From: an uncultured Aminicenantes bacterium
Lineage (GTDB): Bacteria; Acidobacteriota; Aminicenantia; UBA2199
NCBI GenBank assembly: GCA_965195285.1
Contig: CBDAFS010000015.1
Location: forward strand, 32,001 to 96,000
DNA length: 64,000 nucleotides
Direction: 5' to 3'
This document shows positions 19,366 to 28,027 of this stretch, piece after piece; position 1 is the first letter of the stretch, and each line of letters begins with the position of its first letter. A program made the position numbers and the translations under genes. The notes under the pieces were generated by a model that was not told the DNA's origin, made no database searches, and worked only from the letters and a program-made list of their open reading frames with translations.

Positions 19366-20357
19366 AAGGGGTGACGGTGCTTGTATTCTTGTAAATATGT
19401 TGTTAAAATAAATGTATGAGAAGAGCCAGGATAACATACCAGGGTGCCTTTCATCATGCGATGAACCGAGGACATGAGGGAAAGAAAATCTTTTTAAAGG
19501 ATTCAGAAAAGAATTCATTTTTAAAACTATTAAAAGAGACTGCAAAAGGATACCGTATCAGAATTTTTGCCTATTGTATAATGGATAATCACTACCATTT
19601 AGTACTGGAAAACAGTTCAGGTCGGATGTCAGAATTTTTTAAAAAGCTTAATGGACAATATGGGAGGATTTATCGGAGAGAGAATAAAGGAAAAGGGTAT
19701 GTTTTCCAAGACAGATTTAAATCAAAGCTAATTCAGGATGATTCATATCTATTGATGGTTATTGGGTATGTATTGAAAAATCCTGTTAGAGCTGGTTCGG
19801 TTACAGATTTTGTGGATTATCAGTGGTCCAGTTCTTCAATGTATTTTAATAAAAATATTTTGGATATTGTAGATAATAAATATGTTGAATCACTCTTTGG
19901 TTCCTTTCATAATATGTCCAATCAGATCAGGAATTTGACAATCAAAAAATTGCCTGTAATTCTAACCAGGGTTGGAGAAATTATAGGTGGAGAAGAGTTT
20001 GTTGTCGAATCTTTGGAGAAGTTCAATCGTCGGAAACCGAATGATCAAGTAGAAGAGTATAAAAGAAAAGATGATTATTATTTTGATCCTGTAGAAAAAG
20101 TGTTTTATGAATTTAAAAAGAAACATAAAATAAATGCTTTTGATATTGACACAAGATCTTATAAAGGCAAACGATTGAGAGGTGAATTGTTGGTTTATTT
20201 GAAGGATAATGCGGGATTAACATATGGAATGATAAAAAAAGTACCTATTTTTAGTGACCTTAAAATCAATTCCTTGGGATGGATTTACAAAAATGCAAAA
20301 ATCCGGTTGAAAAGCTAATTTGAGATAAATACAAGTTTACAAGCACCGTCACCCCTT
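19366..20357 (+). mobile_element. RAYT/Y1-transposase element with 28-bp terminal inverted repeats
   Basis: Left AAGGGGTGACGGTGCTTGTATTCTTGTA (19366-19393); right copy in reverse orientation at 20330-20357 (26/28 identical). Confidence 0.8.
19416..20318 (+). CDS. REP-associated tyrosine transposase (Y1_Tnp, HUH) with C-terminal helical extension
   Basis: MRRAR...HHAMNRG, AYCIMDNHYHL (HUH), FQDRFKS, YVLKNPVRAG (catalytic Tyr) and YQWSS motifs; AT-rich. Confidence 0.92.
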   Translation: MRRARITYQGAFHHAMNRGHEGKKIFLKDSEKNSFLKLLKETAKGYRIRIFAYCIMDNHYHLVLENSSGRMSEFFKKLNGQYGRIYRRENKGKGYVFQDRFKSKLIQDDSYLLMVIGYVLKNPVRAGSVTDFVDYQWSSSSMYFNKNILDIVDNKYVESLFGSFHNMSNQIRNLTIKKLPVILTRVGEIIGGEEFVVESLEKFNRRKPNDQVEEYKRKDDYYFDPVEKVFYEFKKKHKINAFDIDTRSYKGKRLRGELLVYLKDNAGLTYGMIKKVPIFSDLKINSLGWIYKNAKIRLKS

Positions 20358-20362
20358 TTTTA

Positions 20363-20449
20363 TGACTGATAGATCCTGTTGCAGTCAAAAAAAAGAGAAT
20401 AGTGGTGGCCATTACCCTGGCCCGATCGGTGTAGACCGGGCGGGGTAAG
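20363..20449 (+). repeat. comF-3'-derived direct repeat (right of RAYT)
   Basis: TGACTGATAGATCC...GGGCGGGGTAAG, matching 19264-19350. Confidence 0.9.
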
Positions 20450-20504
20450 GACCTATAGAGAAGGAGGAGGTTGATTATTAATCGATAAGATGGCTTTCAT
20501 TATT

Positions 20505-21131
20505 TTAATCGTCATCATCATCTTCTTCTTCATCAACGTTCGTCACCTTTAAGACTGGATTTAATTTATATTTCGGATTGTCCTTGTTTCCGGTGACTTT
20601 TAGCGATGCCTCAGGATCAACTTCGATGGTAATTTCTGTTGTACCATCCTCATAAACAATGAAAGGCACATTGACTTTGATTTTACCACTGGGAACTTCA
20701 GCTTCATAGACCCCGCTTTCAGTGGTTACCTGGGCTCCGGTTACATCAAACCTGAATTTATTATAATTTCCGGCAGCTATATCAGTCTCAGATATTATTT
20801 CAGCCCAGGAAGTAGCATCAAGCACCATCAGATCAAAAGTGCCATCAGATATTGGAAGTGAAATCCAGCCTGCATCCTGATCAGAAGTTCGATGCACGTC
20901 AAGATTTTCAAAAGTAACCACAAGACTAATCACATCTTCTTTATTAGCTTGAGATGCGATCATCGCAATGTTTGACGCACTGTCAGCAGTTATAGAGAAC
21001 TTGAAAGTACCTGTCTTAGTGCCTAACTCAACATAGTCTTCATTTTCCTGTAATTCTGAACTTTTTTTGCAATTGTTAATCAAAAAAATCATCATCAAAA
21101 TTAAAATGCTTACATACCATATTTTTTTCAT
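20505..21131 (-). CDS. DUF4382-like lipoprotein
   Basis: Signal peptide ending INNC; ITAD, W..L....FDL, GNY...R, VPSGKIK and YKLNPVL motifs. Confidence 0.75.
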   Translation of the reverse strand: MKKIWYVSILILMMIFLINNCKKSSELQENEDYVELGTKTGTFKFSITADSASNIAMIASQANKEDVISLVVTFENLDVHRTSDQDAGWISLPISDGTFDLMVLDATSWAEIISETDIAAGNYNKFRFDVTGAQVTTESGVYEAEVPSGKIKVNVPFIVYEDGTTEITIEVDPEASLKVTGNKDNPKYKLNPVLKVTNVDEEEDDDDD

Positions 21132-21351
21132 AATATTCTCCTGATAAAGTTTCCAAATTATAATAGCATTTATCATGCCAATTTATTCAGGTTTGTTTCT
21201 TTATTTTTAATTTTAGCATAGAATCCATTACCAATAATACTTTTCAGAAAAATTTATTTTTTGGTAATTTTATTTTTTTGAAAATAAATTAAAGAATTGA
21301 CAATATTCATGGTTTACAATCTGTCAAGTTGTAAACTCAAATGATTTCCCT

Positions 21352-21400
21352 AAAGGCCGGAGTCGAAGTGATGGCCATTACCCCGGTCCGATCGGTTTAA
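21352..21400 (+). repeat. Degenerate copy of the comF 3' end
   Basis: AAAGGCCGGAGTCGAAGTGATGGCCATTACCCCGGTCCGATC, 36/42 identical to 18636-18677; reads KAGVEVMAITPVRSV-stop. Confidence 0.85.
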
Positions 21401-21561
21401 GCCGGATGAGTTGAGGAGAGGGTGTGGTATCCTGTTGATATTAATCGATAAATAGAGTTTGATTAATTGATTCAATCCAGGTATAATTTTTTTGACTTGA
21501 ATTGAATTCAAATTCAAAGCATTATGTCCCAAAAAAATTAACCGAAAAAGGACAACAAGAC

Positions 21562-22965
21562 ATGAGTGGATTTTTTGGAATCACCAGTAAAAAGGATTGC
21601 ATCGTTGATCTTTACTATGGCATTGACTATCATTCCCATTTGGGAACCCGTTACGGTGGCATGGCTGTGGCCACTTCCCAGGGGTTTAACAAGGCTATTC
21701 ATAGTCTGGAAAATGCTTATTTTCGCTCAAAATTTGAGCCTGACCTTTCGTATCTGGCCGGAAACCGTGGAATCGGAATCATCAGTGATCTGGAACCACA
21801 GCCCATTATCGTAAATTCTCACCTGGGGCGGTTCGCAGTGGTTTCTGTGGGAAAAGTGTGTAATGTTGATCAACTGGAATCCGTTGCCTTAAAAAACAAG
21901 AGACATTTTTCCGAAACCGGGGGGACTAAAATAAATCCCACCGAATTGATTGCCATGTTGATAACCGAATGTGACAGTTTCGAATCCGGCATTGCCAATG
22001 TCCAAAACAAGGTACAAGGGTCCTGTTCGATGCTGGTTTTAACCGAAAAAGGACTCTTTGCCGCCCGGGATAAACTGGGCAGAACCCCCATCATATTAGG
22101 GAAAAATGACCATGCCTATGTAGCGGCATCCGAAACCAGTTCATTTCCGCCTCTGAATTTTGAAATTGAACATTATCTGGGTCCCGGAGAGATCGTATTT
22201 ATGACTCCGGAGGGTTATGAGCAGCGTCAGAAACCAGGGGACAATCTTCAGATATGCTCTTTTTTATGGGTATATTTCGGTTATCCTCCATCATACTATG
22301 AAGGTATCAATGTTGATGAATGTCGCTACCGCTGCGGCCGGGCACTGGCCCGGAATGATGATGTCGGGGCTGATTTTGTTTCCGGAATACCAGATTCGGG
22401 GATCGGTCATGCCATCGGATACAGCAATGAACGCAGAATTCCCTATAAGCGGCCTTATGTGAAATATAGCCCGACCTGGCCCCGCAGTTTTATGCCCCAG
22501 AATCAGGATACCCGGGATCTGGTAGCCAAGATGAAGCTGATATCCAATTCGGATTTGATAGAGGATAAAAAAATCATTTTTTGTGAGGATTCCATTGTCA
22601 GGGGAACCCAGTTGCAGGATAAAATAAAGGCATTGTTTAAACTGGGAGTCCGGGAAGTTCACATGCGGGTCGCCTGTCCACCACTGATGTTTCCCTGTCA
22701 GTTTCATAATTTTTCTACCTCCAGATCCACTATGGAGCTGGCTTCCCGCAAAGCTATTTTTGAACTGCAAGGAGAAGAATCTCCCGGACTGGAAGAATAC
22801 CAGCTGGATCATTCAGAGAAAAATCAGCAAATGGTTGAGCAGATTAGAAAGCGGATCGGTGCTACCACCTTGAAATATCAAAAAATATCTGACCTGGTTA
22901 AGGCCATCGGCCTCCCCTTTGATCAATTGTGTACCCATTGCTGGGATAATTCCAGCTATTTTTGA
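21562..22965 (+). CDS. purF: Amidophosphoribosyltransferase (variant lacking Cys1)
   Basis: RDKLGRTP, ASET, IPDSG, RSF, EDSIVRGT, Fe-S cysteines (CSFLWVY, CPP, CTHCW); N-terminus MSGFFG. Confidence 0.9.
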   Translation: MSGFFGITSKKDCIVDLYYGIDYHSHLGTRYGGMAVATSQGFNKAIHSLENAYFRSKFEPDLSYLAGNRGIGIISDLEPQPIIVNSHLGRFAVVSVGKVCNVDQLESVALKNKRHFSETGGTKINPTELIAMLITECDSFESGIANVQNKVQGSCSMLVLTEKGLFAARDKLGRTPIILGKNDHAYVAASETSSFPPLNFEIEHYLGPGEIVFMTPEGYEQRQKPGDNLQICSFLWVYFGYPPSYYEGINVDECRYRCGRALARNDDVGADFVSGIPDSGIGHAIGYSNERRIPYKRPYVKYSPTWPRSFMPQNQDTRDLVAKMKLISNSDLIEDKKIIFCEDSIVRGTQLQDKIKALFKLGVREVHMRVACPPLMFPCQFHNFSTSRSTMELASRKAIFELQGEESPGLEEYQLDHSEKNQQMVEQIRKRIGATTLKYQKISDLVKAIGLPFDQLCTHCWDNSSYF

Positions 22966-22990
22966 AGCCTTCAGCCGAATAGGAATAAAA

Positions 22991-23269
22991 ATGAATATAA
23001 AACATGTCGAGGGAATTAAAAAAAGGGGTATCATGCTTTATGCATTGAGTACCTGTGTATGGTGTAAAAAAACCAAAAGGTTGTTAAACGAGCTGGATGC
23101 TGAATATGACTATATTGATGTGGATCTCCTGGATGAAAATGAGAAGGAAAGGGTTGAGGAGGAAATCAGGCGCTGGAACCCGGCCTGTTCGTTCCCCACA
23201 CTGGTAATTGATAAGGAGAGATGTATTGTCGGTTATAAGAATGATGAAATAAGGGAAGCCTTGGGATGA
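22991..23269 (+). CDS. Glutaredoxin (NrdH-like)
   Basis: LSTCVWC, SFPT and IVGY motifs. Confidence 0.88.
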   Translation: MNIKHVEGIKKRGIMLYALSTCVWCKKTKRLLNELDAEYDYIDVDLLDENEKERVEEEIRRWNPACSFPTLVIDKERCIVGYKNDEIREALG

Positions 23270-23784
23270 GTAACGACAATTCTACTGTCAGTGAGCAGGA
23301 GATTGACAGACTTTATGACAAATTAAACCGGGAAGCAGAGGCCTCCGGTTATCATCTGAATCCGGATATCGAATTCACCCGGGAACTGGCCATGGGTTTG
23401 ATTGTCAATCAGAAAAGATACGGTTATATGGCCTGTCCCTGCCGTCTGGCTGTCGGAAAAAAACGATTGGATCTGGATATCATATGTCCCTGTGACTACA
23501 GAGACCCGGATTTGAATGATTTTGACGTCTGTTATTGTGCTCTCTATGTCTCCCAGACTGTACTGGCAGGGAATAAGACTGCGGAACCCATACCGGAAAG
23601 ACGTCCATCCGCAAAAATCCGGCAGGAACAAAAACCGACTGTCCAATCTGGGTCAGGGGTTTCGCTTTCCTTTCCGGTCTGGAGATGCCGCGTTTGTGGC
23701 TATTTATGTGCCCGTGAGGGGCCTCCCGAAGTCTGTCCCATCTGCAAAGCCAAGAAGGATCGATTTGAAGCCTTCTTGAGCTAA
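23266..23784 (+). CDS. Ferredoxin:thioredoxin reductase catalytic subunit fused to rubredoxin (ferredoxin:glutaredoxin reductase)
   Basis: CPCR, CPCDY, CYC; C-terminal WRCRVCGY...CPIC. Confidence 0.9.
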   Translation: MSNDNSTVSEQEIDRLYDKLNREAEASGYHLNPDIEFTRELAMGLIVNQKRYGYMACPCRLAVGKKRLDLDIICPCDYRDPDLNDFDVCYCALYVSQTVLAGNKTAEPIPERRPSAKIRQEQKPTVQSGSGVSLSFPVWRCRVCGYLCAREGPPEVCPICKAKKDRFEAFLS

Positions 23785-25031
23785 AAATCTTCTAAATAGG
23801 CAATTGCTGCCCCTGCAAAAAGCATTGGCCCAATTTTCAAAATATTTTCATCAATTGAAAAAGTGGGCGTGTGAAGGGGAGAGGTATTACCGGTTCCCAG
23901 GAAGAAAAACACAGCGGGAATCTGATGTGAGTAATAAGAAAAATCCTCGGCTATACTCATGGGTTTAACCTTCTGAACCTGATTTTTTCCTAATATTTTT
24001 TCAAAAACAGGTATGAAAAACTCGGTGAGTTCCGGATCATTGTTCACAAAGGGAGCGTCTTTGCTGAAGGTGAATTGATAGGTGATACCATAGGCCACAG
24101 CCAATCCCTTTAAAATCTTTTCCATTCCCTCAGCAATTTTATCCTGTAGTTCAAAAGAGAATGTACGAACGGTTCCCTCCAGTTCAACTTTTTCAGCAAT
24201 CACATTCGTTCGGACACCACCTTTTATTTTTCCAACCGACAGAACCGCCGGTTCTTTTGGATCTCTGAATCGGCTGATGAGTGATTGAAACTGTTGAATC
24301 GCAGAGGAGGCCACATAAATGGCATCAATTCCCTGGTGGGGGAAGGCACCATGGCTGGCCTTTCCTAAAATATCCACATAGAAGGAAGCCACATTGGCCA
24401 TAATCGGGCCGGTGCGGATTCCAATGCTGCCAACCGGAATGCCGGGCAAAACATGAAGGCCCAGTATGGCATTTACCGATGGATTTTCCAGGACATTCTC
24501 CTGAATCATGGCCTGGGCACCACCGGGCTGGTTGGGAAGGGGGCCTTCTTCACAGGGTTGAAAAATAAACACGATGGTACCGGGAATCCGATCCCTCAGA
24601 TCAGACAGTATCTTGGCTGTAATTAACACATTGGTCATGTGGGCGTCATGTCCGCAGGCATGCATATGTCCCGGATTTCTGGAGGCATAGGGGAAATCGG
24701 TTTGTTCGGTAATGGGTAACGCGTCCATGTCGGACCGGATAGCCAAAGCAGGTTTCTTTCTGGTGCCCCGGAGTATGGCCTTGATGCCGGTTCCGGCGAT
24801 ACCGGTTTGGACTTTCAGGCCCAGTTTTTCCAAAAAAGTAGCGATAAATTCAGAGGTTTCCTTTTCCTGGAAACACAACTCCGGACATTGATGTAAATGT
24901 CTTCTCAGCTTCAGGGCCTGGGGATGATATTGCTCTGCCTTCTGACGGATTTGCTTGATGATCTCAACATCCAGGCCCAGGCAGGGAAGAAACAGCCAGG
25001 TGACCAGAACCAAGCTGATTGATTTTTTCAT
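23781..25031 (-). CDS. M20D amidohydrolase with signal peptide
   Basis: [27 protein letters not shown] and AEDF motifs. Confidence 0.92.
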   Translation of the reverse strand: MKKSISLVLVTWLFLPCLGLDVEIIKQIRQKAEQYHPQALKLRRHLHQCPELCFQEKETSEFIATFLEKLGLKVQTGIAGTGIKAILRGTRKKPALAIRSDMDALPITEQTDFPYASRNPGHMHACGHDAHMTNVLITAKILSDLRDRIPGTIVFIFQPCEEGPLPNQPGGAQAMIQENVLENPSVNAILGLHVLPGIPVGSIGIRTGPIMANVASFYVDILGKASHGAFPHQGIDAIYVASSAIQQFQSLISRFRDPKEPAVLSVGKIKGGVRTNVIAEKVELEGTVRTFSFELQDKIAEGMEKILKGLAVAYGITYQFTFSKDAPFVNNDPELTEFFIPVFEKILGKNQVQKVKPMSIAEDFSYYSHQIPAVFFFLGTGNTSPLHTPTFSIDENILKIGPMLFAGAAIAYLEDF

Positions 25032-25127
25032 TATATCAAATTATAACAGAAAAATATTATTATCAATAATCTGAATTTCTTGCTTTTTGATTATTTAAAG
25101 TATAAAATATGGGTAATTGATCAAACC

Positions 25128-25661
25128 ATGAATCTGGCAAATCTTATCACTATTTTAAGAATTATTCTGGTCCCGTTTTTTTTGGTTATTCTACTGACCG
25201 AGATGGAAAATAAAGAGATTTTTGCCTTGATCATTTTTGTTATTGCCTCGATTTCCGACGGGATTGACGGATATATTGCCAGAAAATACAATCAGATCAC
25301 AGAATTGGGCAAATTCCTTGATCCCTTAGCCGATAAACTGTTAGTATCGGCTGCATTACTGGCCCTGGTTTATCTTCAGATTGTCGAAACCTGGGTAGCA
25401 GCGGTTATCATATTAAGGGAAATCTTCATCACTGCTTTCCGATTTTATTTTCTGGTCAAGGATTCCACATTTTCAGCATCCTGGATTGCCAAGAAAAAAA
25501 CCCTGTCTCAAATCATTGCCATTTCCATTTTGATCGTGCATAACAAAGTGCCCGGTTTTGAATCTGTTGCCTTGAAATTCGGTACTTTTTTACTGTATTT
25601 TGCCACTTTCCTAACCATATACAGCGGAATAGAATATCTCATTAGATATTCAAAGAAATAG
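25128..25661 (+). CDS. pgsA: CDP-diacylglycerol--glycerol-3-phosphate 3-phosphatidyltransferase
   Basis: NLITILR; DGIDGYIAR...GKFLDPLADK CDP-alcohol motif. Confidence 0.92.
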   Translation: MNLANLITILRIILVPFFLVILLTEMENKEIFALIIFVIASISDGIDGYIARKYNQITELGKFLDPLADKLLVSAALLALVYLQIVETWVAAVIILREIFITAFRFYFLVKDSTFSASWIAKKKTLSQIIAISILIVHNKVPGFESVALKFGTFLLYFATFLTIYSGIEYLIRYSKK

Positions 25662-25669
25662 AGTTCAGA

Positions 25670-26617
25670 ATGCCGTATAAGAAATATCCTCCGTTGAACA
25701 AAAAGAATTTAAAAACCATTTCCATCAACGATAGAAAATCTCTGGTTGAAATCGACAGTTTTGCCAAGCCCTTTGCGCCGGGATCAAGTTTTGAATCTTT
25801 CATGCATTCGTTACCGAATAGCTTATCGGCCAAAGATTTATTAGAGTTTTCGACTCATGTTAAAGATGCCCGGAAAAAAGACAAACCCATTATTTTCGGA
25901 ATGGGTGCCCACACCATTAAGGTGGGGCTCAATCCCATTATCATTGATCTGATGGAAAGGGGGTGGGTCTCGGCCATCAGTATAAACGGGGCCTTTATGA
26001 TTCATGATTTTGAGATCGCCTTGTGCGGTAAAACTTCGGAGGATGTGGCAGCGAATCTGCATAAAGGTACTTATGGTAATACCGAAGAGACCGGTTTGTT
26101 CTTGAATATTGCCTTGAAGGATGGATATAAACATGGGTTCGGGTGCGGAGAGTCTATCGGTCATTATTTGATTCAATCGGAGTTTCCCCATAACCAGTCC
26201 AGCGTTCTGTACCATGCCTATAAAATGAATATTCCCGTTTCCATTCATCCGGCAATCGGAACTGATTTTATTCATTACCATCCCAGTTTTGACGGAAGTA
26301 TCATGGGGGCATTAGCTGAAAAGGATTTTTTATTGCTTTCATCGATTATATCTCAGTTGGCTGACGGGGGCGTCTATATGAATATCGGTTCAAACGTGAT
26401 ATTACCCGAAGTTTTTCTGAAAGCCATTGCCTTTTGCACAGCTCAGGGTATTCGCTTGGACGAATTTTATACAGCTGTTTTTGATTTTAACAAACATTAT
26501 CGTCCCTATGAAAATGTAGTCAGGCGACCGGTTTTGAATGGGGGAAAAGGGTATTATTTTGTCGGTTCCCATGAGATTATGATTCCTCTACTGGCAGCGG
26601 TTTTATTGAGCATTTAG
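25670..26617 (+). CDS. Deoxyhypusine-synthase-like (DHS fold) protein
   Basis: GMGAH.IKVG, NGA..IHDFE, IGTD..H and NIGS.V.LPEVFLKA motifs. Confidence 0.7.
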   Translation: MPYKKYPPLNKKNLKTISINDRKSLVEIDSFAKPFAPGSSFESFMHSLPNSLSAKDLLEFSTHVKDARKKDKPIIFGMGAHTIKVGLNPIIIDLMERGWVSAISINGAFMIHDFEIALCGKTSEDVAANLHKGTYGNTEETGLFLNIALKDGYKHGFGCGESIGHYLIQSEFPHNQSSVLYHAYKMNIPVSIHPAIGTDFIHYHPSFDGSIMGALAEKDFLLLSSIISQLADGGVYMNIGSNVILPEVFLKAIAFCTAQGIRLDEFYTAVFDFNKHYRPYENVVRRPVLNGGKGYYFVGSHEIMIPLLAAVLLSI

Positions 26618-26637
26618 GCAGGGATGAGAACGGTCTT

Positions 26638-27000
26638 ATGAAAATTGAATTCAGCCCGGGGGCCAGGTTGCAGCTGGATGTATTATCTGAATTGGATTCA
26701 ATCGAGACCGGGTTCTTATTCGGATTCAATATGGGTCGGTATTTAATTATTGAAAGTTTTTTTCCGCTACGTTTCACAAAAAATAGTATCAATCGGATAT
26801 ATCCCCAGATTTTCAATCATTTCAGTGACCGATTGCTTGGAGTATTTTTTGTCAATGGGAAGGCATTTTTAAATGATTGGTTTCTCGAGAATATTATTAT
26901 CCAGGTTAAGAATCATTCCCGAAAAATATTCTTATGCCGGTTTGATGATCAATCAGGTCAGAAACAGTGGGTGCCGATTTCGGGAAGTGAGAAGGGATAA
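26638..27000 (+). CDS. Hypothetical protein (possible degenerate JAB/MPN fold)
   Basis: In operon; GFLFG...IES and LLGVF pattern, with no HxH metal motif. Confidence 0.55.
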   Translation: MKIEFSPGARLQLDVLSELDSIETGFLFGFNMGRYLIIESFFPLRFTKNSINRIYPQIFNHFSDRLLGVFFVNGKAFLNDWFLENIIIQVKNHSRKIFLCRFDDQSGQKQWVPISGSEKG

Positions 27001-27569
27001 TGGATGGAAATTTCAGAAACGAAGAGAAAAAAGAACTCTTAAACCTGGCCAGAAAGACCATTCGATCATTTCTTGAAAGCGGGAAGGTCGAATATTCCTC
27101 GTATCATAATCCCAAATACAAAATAAAAATGGGCGTTTTTGTTACCCTGCATATGAATAATGCGTTAAGGGGATGTATTGGGTATCCGTTACCCCAGAAG
27201 CACTTGTCTGAGGCAATAGCGGACAACGCCATTGCTTCTGCCACCCAGGATCCAAGGTTTGAACCGGTTTCACTGTCTGAGCTGGAAGCAATTGATATAG
27301 AGATATCAATTCTAACCGTTCCGGAAAAAATCACGCAAGTGAGTGAAATTAAGGTAGGAAGGGACGGAATAATCATCAGCAAGGGATTTAACCGAGGATT
27401 GCTTTTGCCCCAGGTTCCCCTGGAACAGAATTGGACACTGGACCAGTACATTTCTTACGGTTGTATGAAAGCCGGACTGCCTGGTGATGAGTGGAAACGC
27501 GGGGTGGAAATTGAGACTTTCCAGGCAATTGTATTTGGTGAGAAACACCAATCGCAGATCGGTGAGTGA
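27000..27569 (+). CDS. amrA: AmmeMemoRadiSam system protein A (AMMECR1)
   Basis: GVFVTL...LRGCIG, DPRF, GLLLPQV, CMKAG. Confidence 0.92.
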   Translation: MDGNFRNEEKKELLNLARKTIRSFLESGKVEYSSYHNPKYKIKMGVFVTLHMNNALRGCIGYPLPQKHLSEAIADNAIASATQDPRFEPVSLSELEAIDIEISILTVPEKITQVSEIKVGRDGIIISKGFNRGLLLPQVPLEQNWTLDQYISYGCMKAGLPGDEWKRGVEIETFQAIVFGEKHQSQIGE

Positions 27570-27985
27570 TGGATAGTAAACATGGCTCCTTTAAAACAAT
27601 CCATCTCAGAACGGAAAAGCACATTGATTTTTATGATATAACCTCTGAAATCGAATTCCAGGTGACGGATTCCGGAGTTCGGGATGGAATCCTGCTGGTG
27701 TTTACACCACATACCACTGCCGGTATAACCATTAACGAAAATGCGGATCCATCGGTCAGGTCCGATATCAGGGAGTTCATCAGTCGAAATATTCCTCCCG
27801 GGTCATACTTCAAGCATCTGGAGGGTAATTCCCCCTCTCATATTATGTCCAGTCTTTTTTCTGTCTCTGAGACGATCATTATCCAGGACGGTCAACTGGT
27901 TTTAGGGTCCTGGCAGGGGATTTTTTTTTGTGAATTCGATGGACCCAGAAACAGAAAGGTATATGTAAAAATCATTGGAGATTGA
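27566..27985 (+). CDS. yjbQ: YjbQ family (secondary thiamine-phosphate synthase)
   Basis: PHTTAG..NE.D, H.EGNS..H, LG.WQGI.F.EFDGPR. Confidence 0.92.
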   Translation: MMDSKHGSFKTIHLRTEKHIDFYDITSEIEFQVTDSGVRDGILLVFTPHTTAGITINENADPSVRSDIREFISRNIPPGSYFKHLEGNSPSHIMSSLFSVSETIIIQDGQLVLGSWQGIFFCEFDGPRNRKVYVKIIGD

Positions 27986-28027
27986 TGCTTCAGTGATAGT
28001 GGATTTGAATTTCCCTAAAAAACCAGA

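Noticed and set aside
18531-21453. Classical integron (attC) or CRISPR interpretation of the comF-end repeats
   Set aside because: No intI; no RYYYAAC/GTTRRRY ends; spacing is about 1 kb and the repeats translate as comF C-termini
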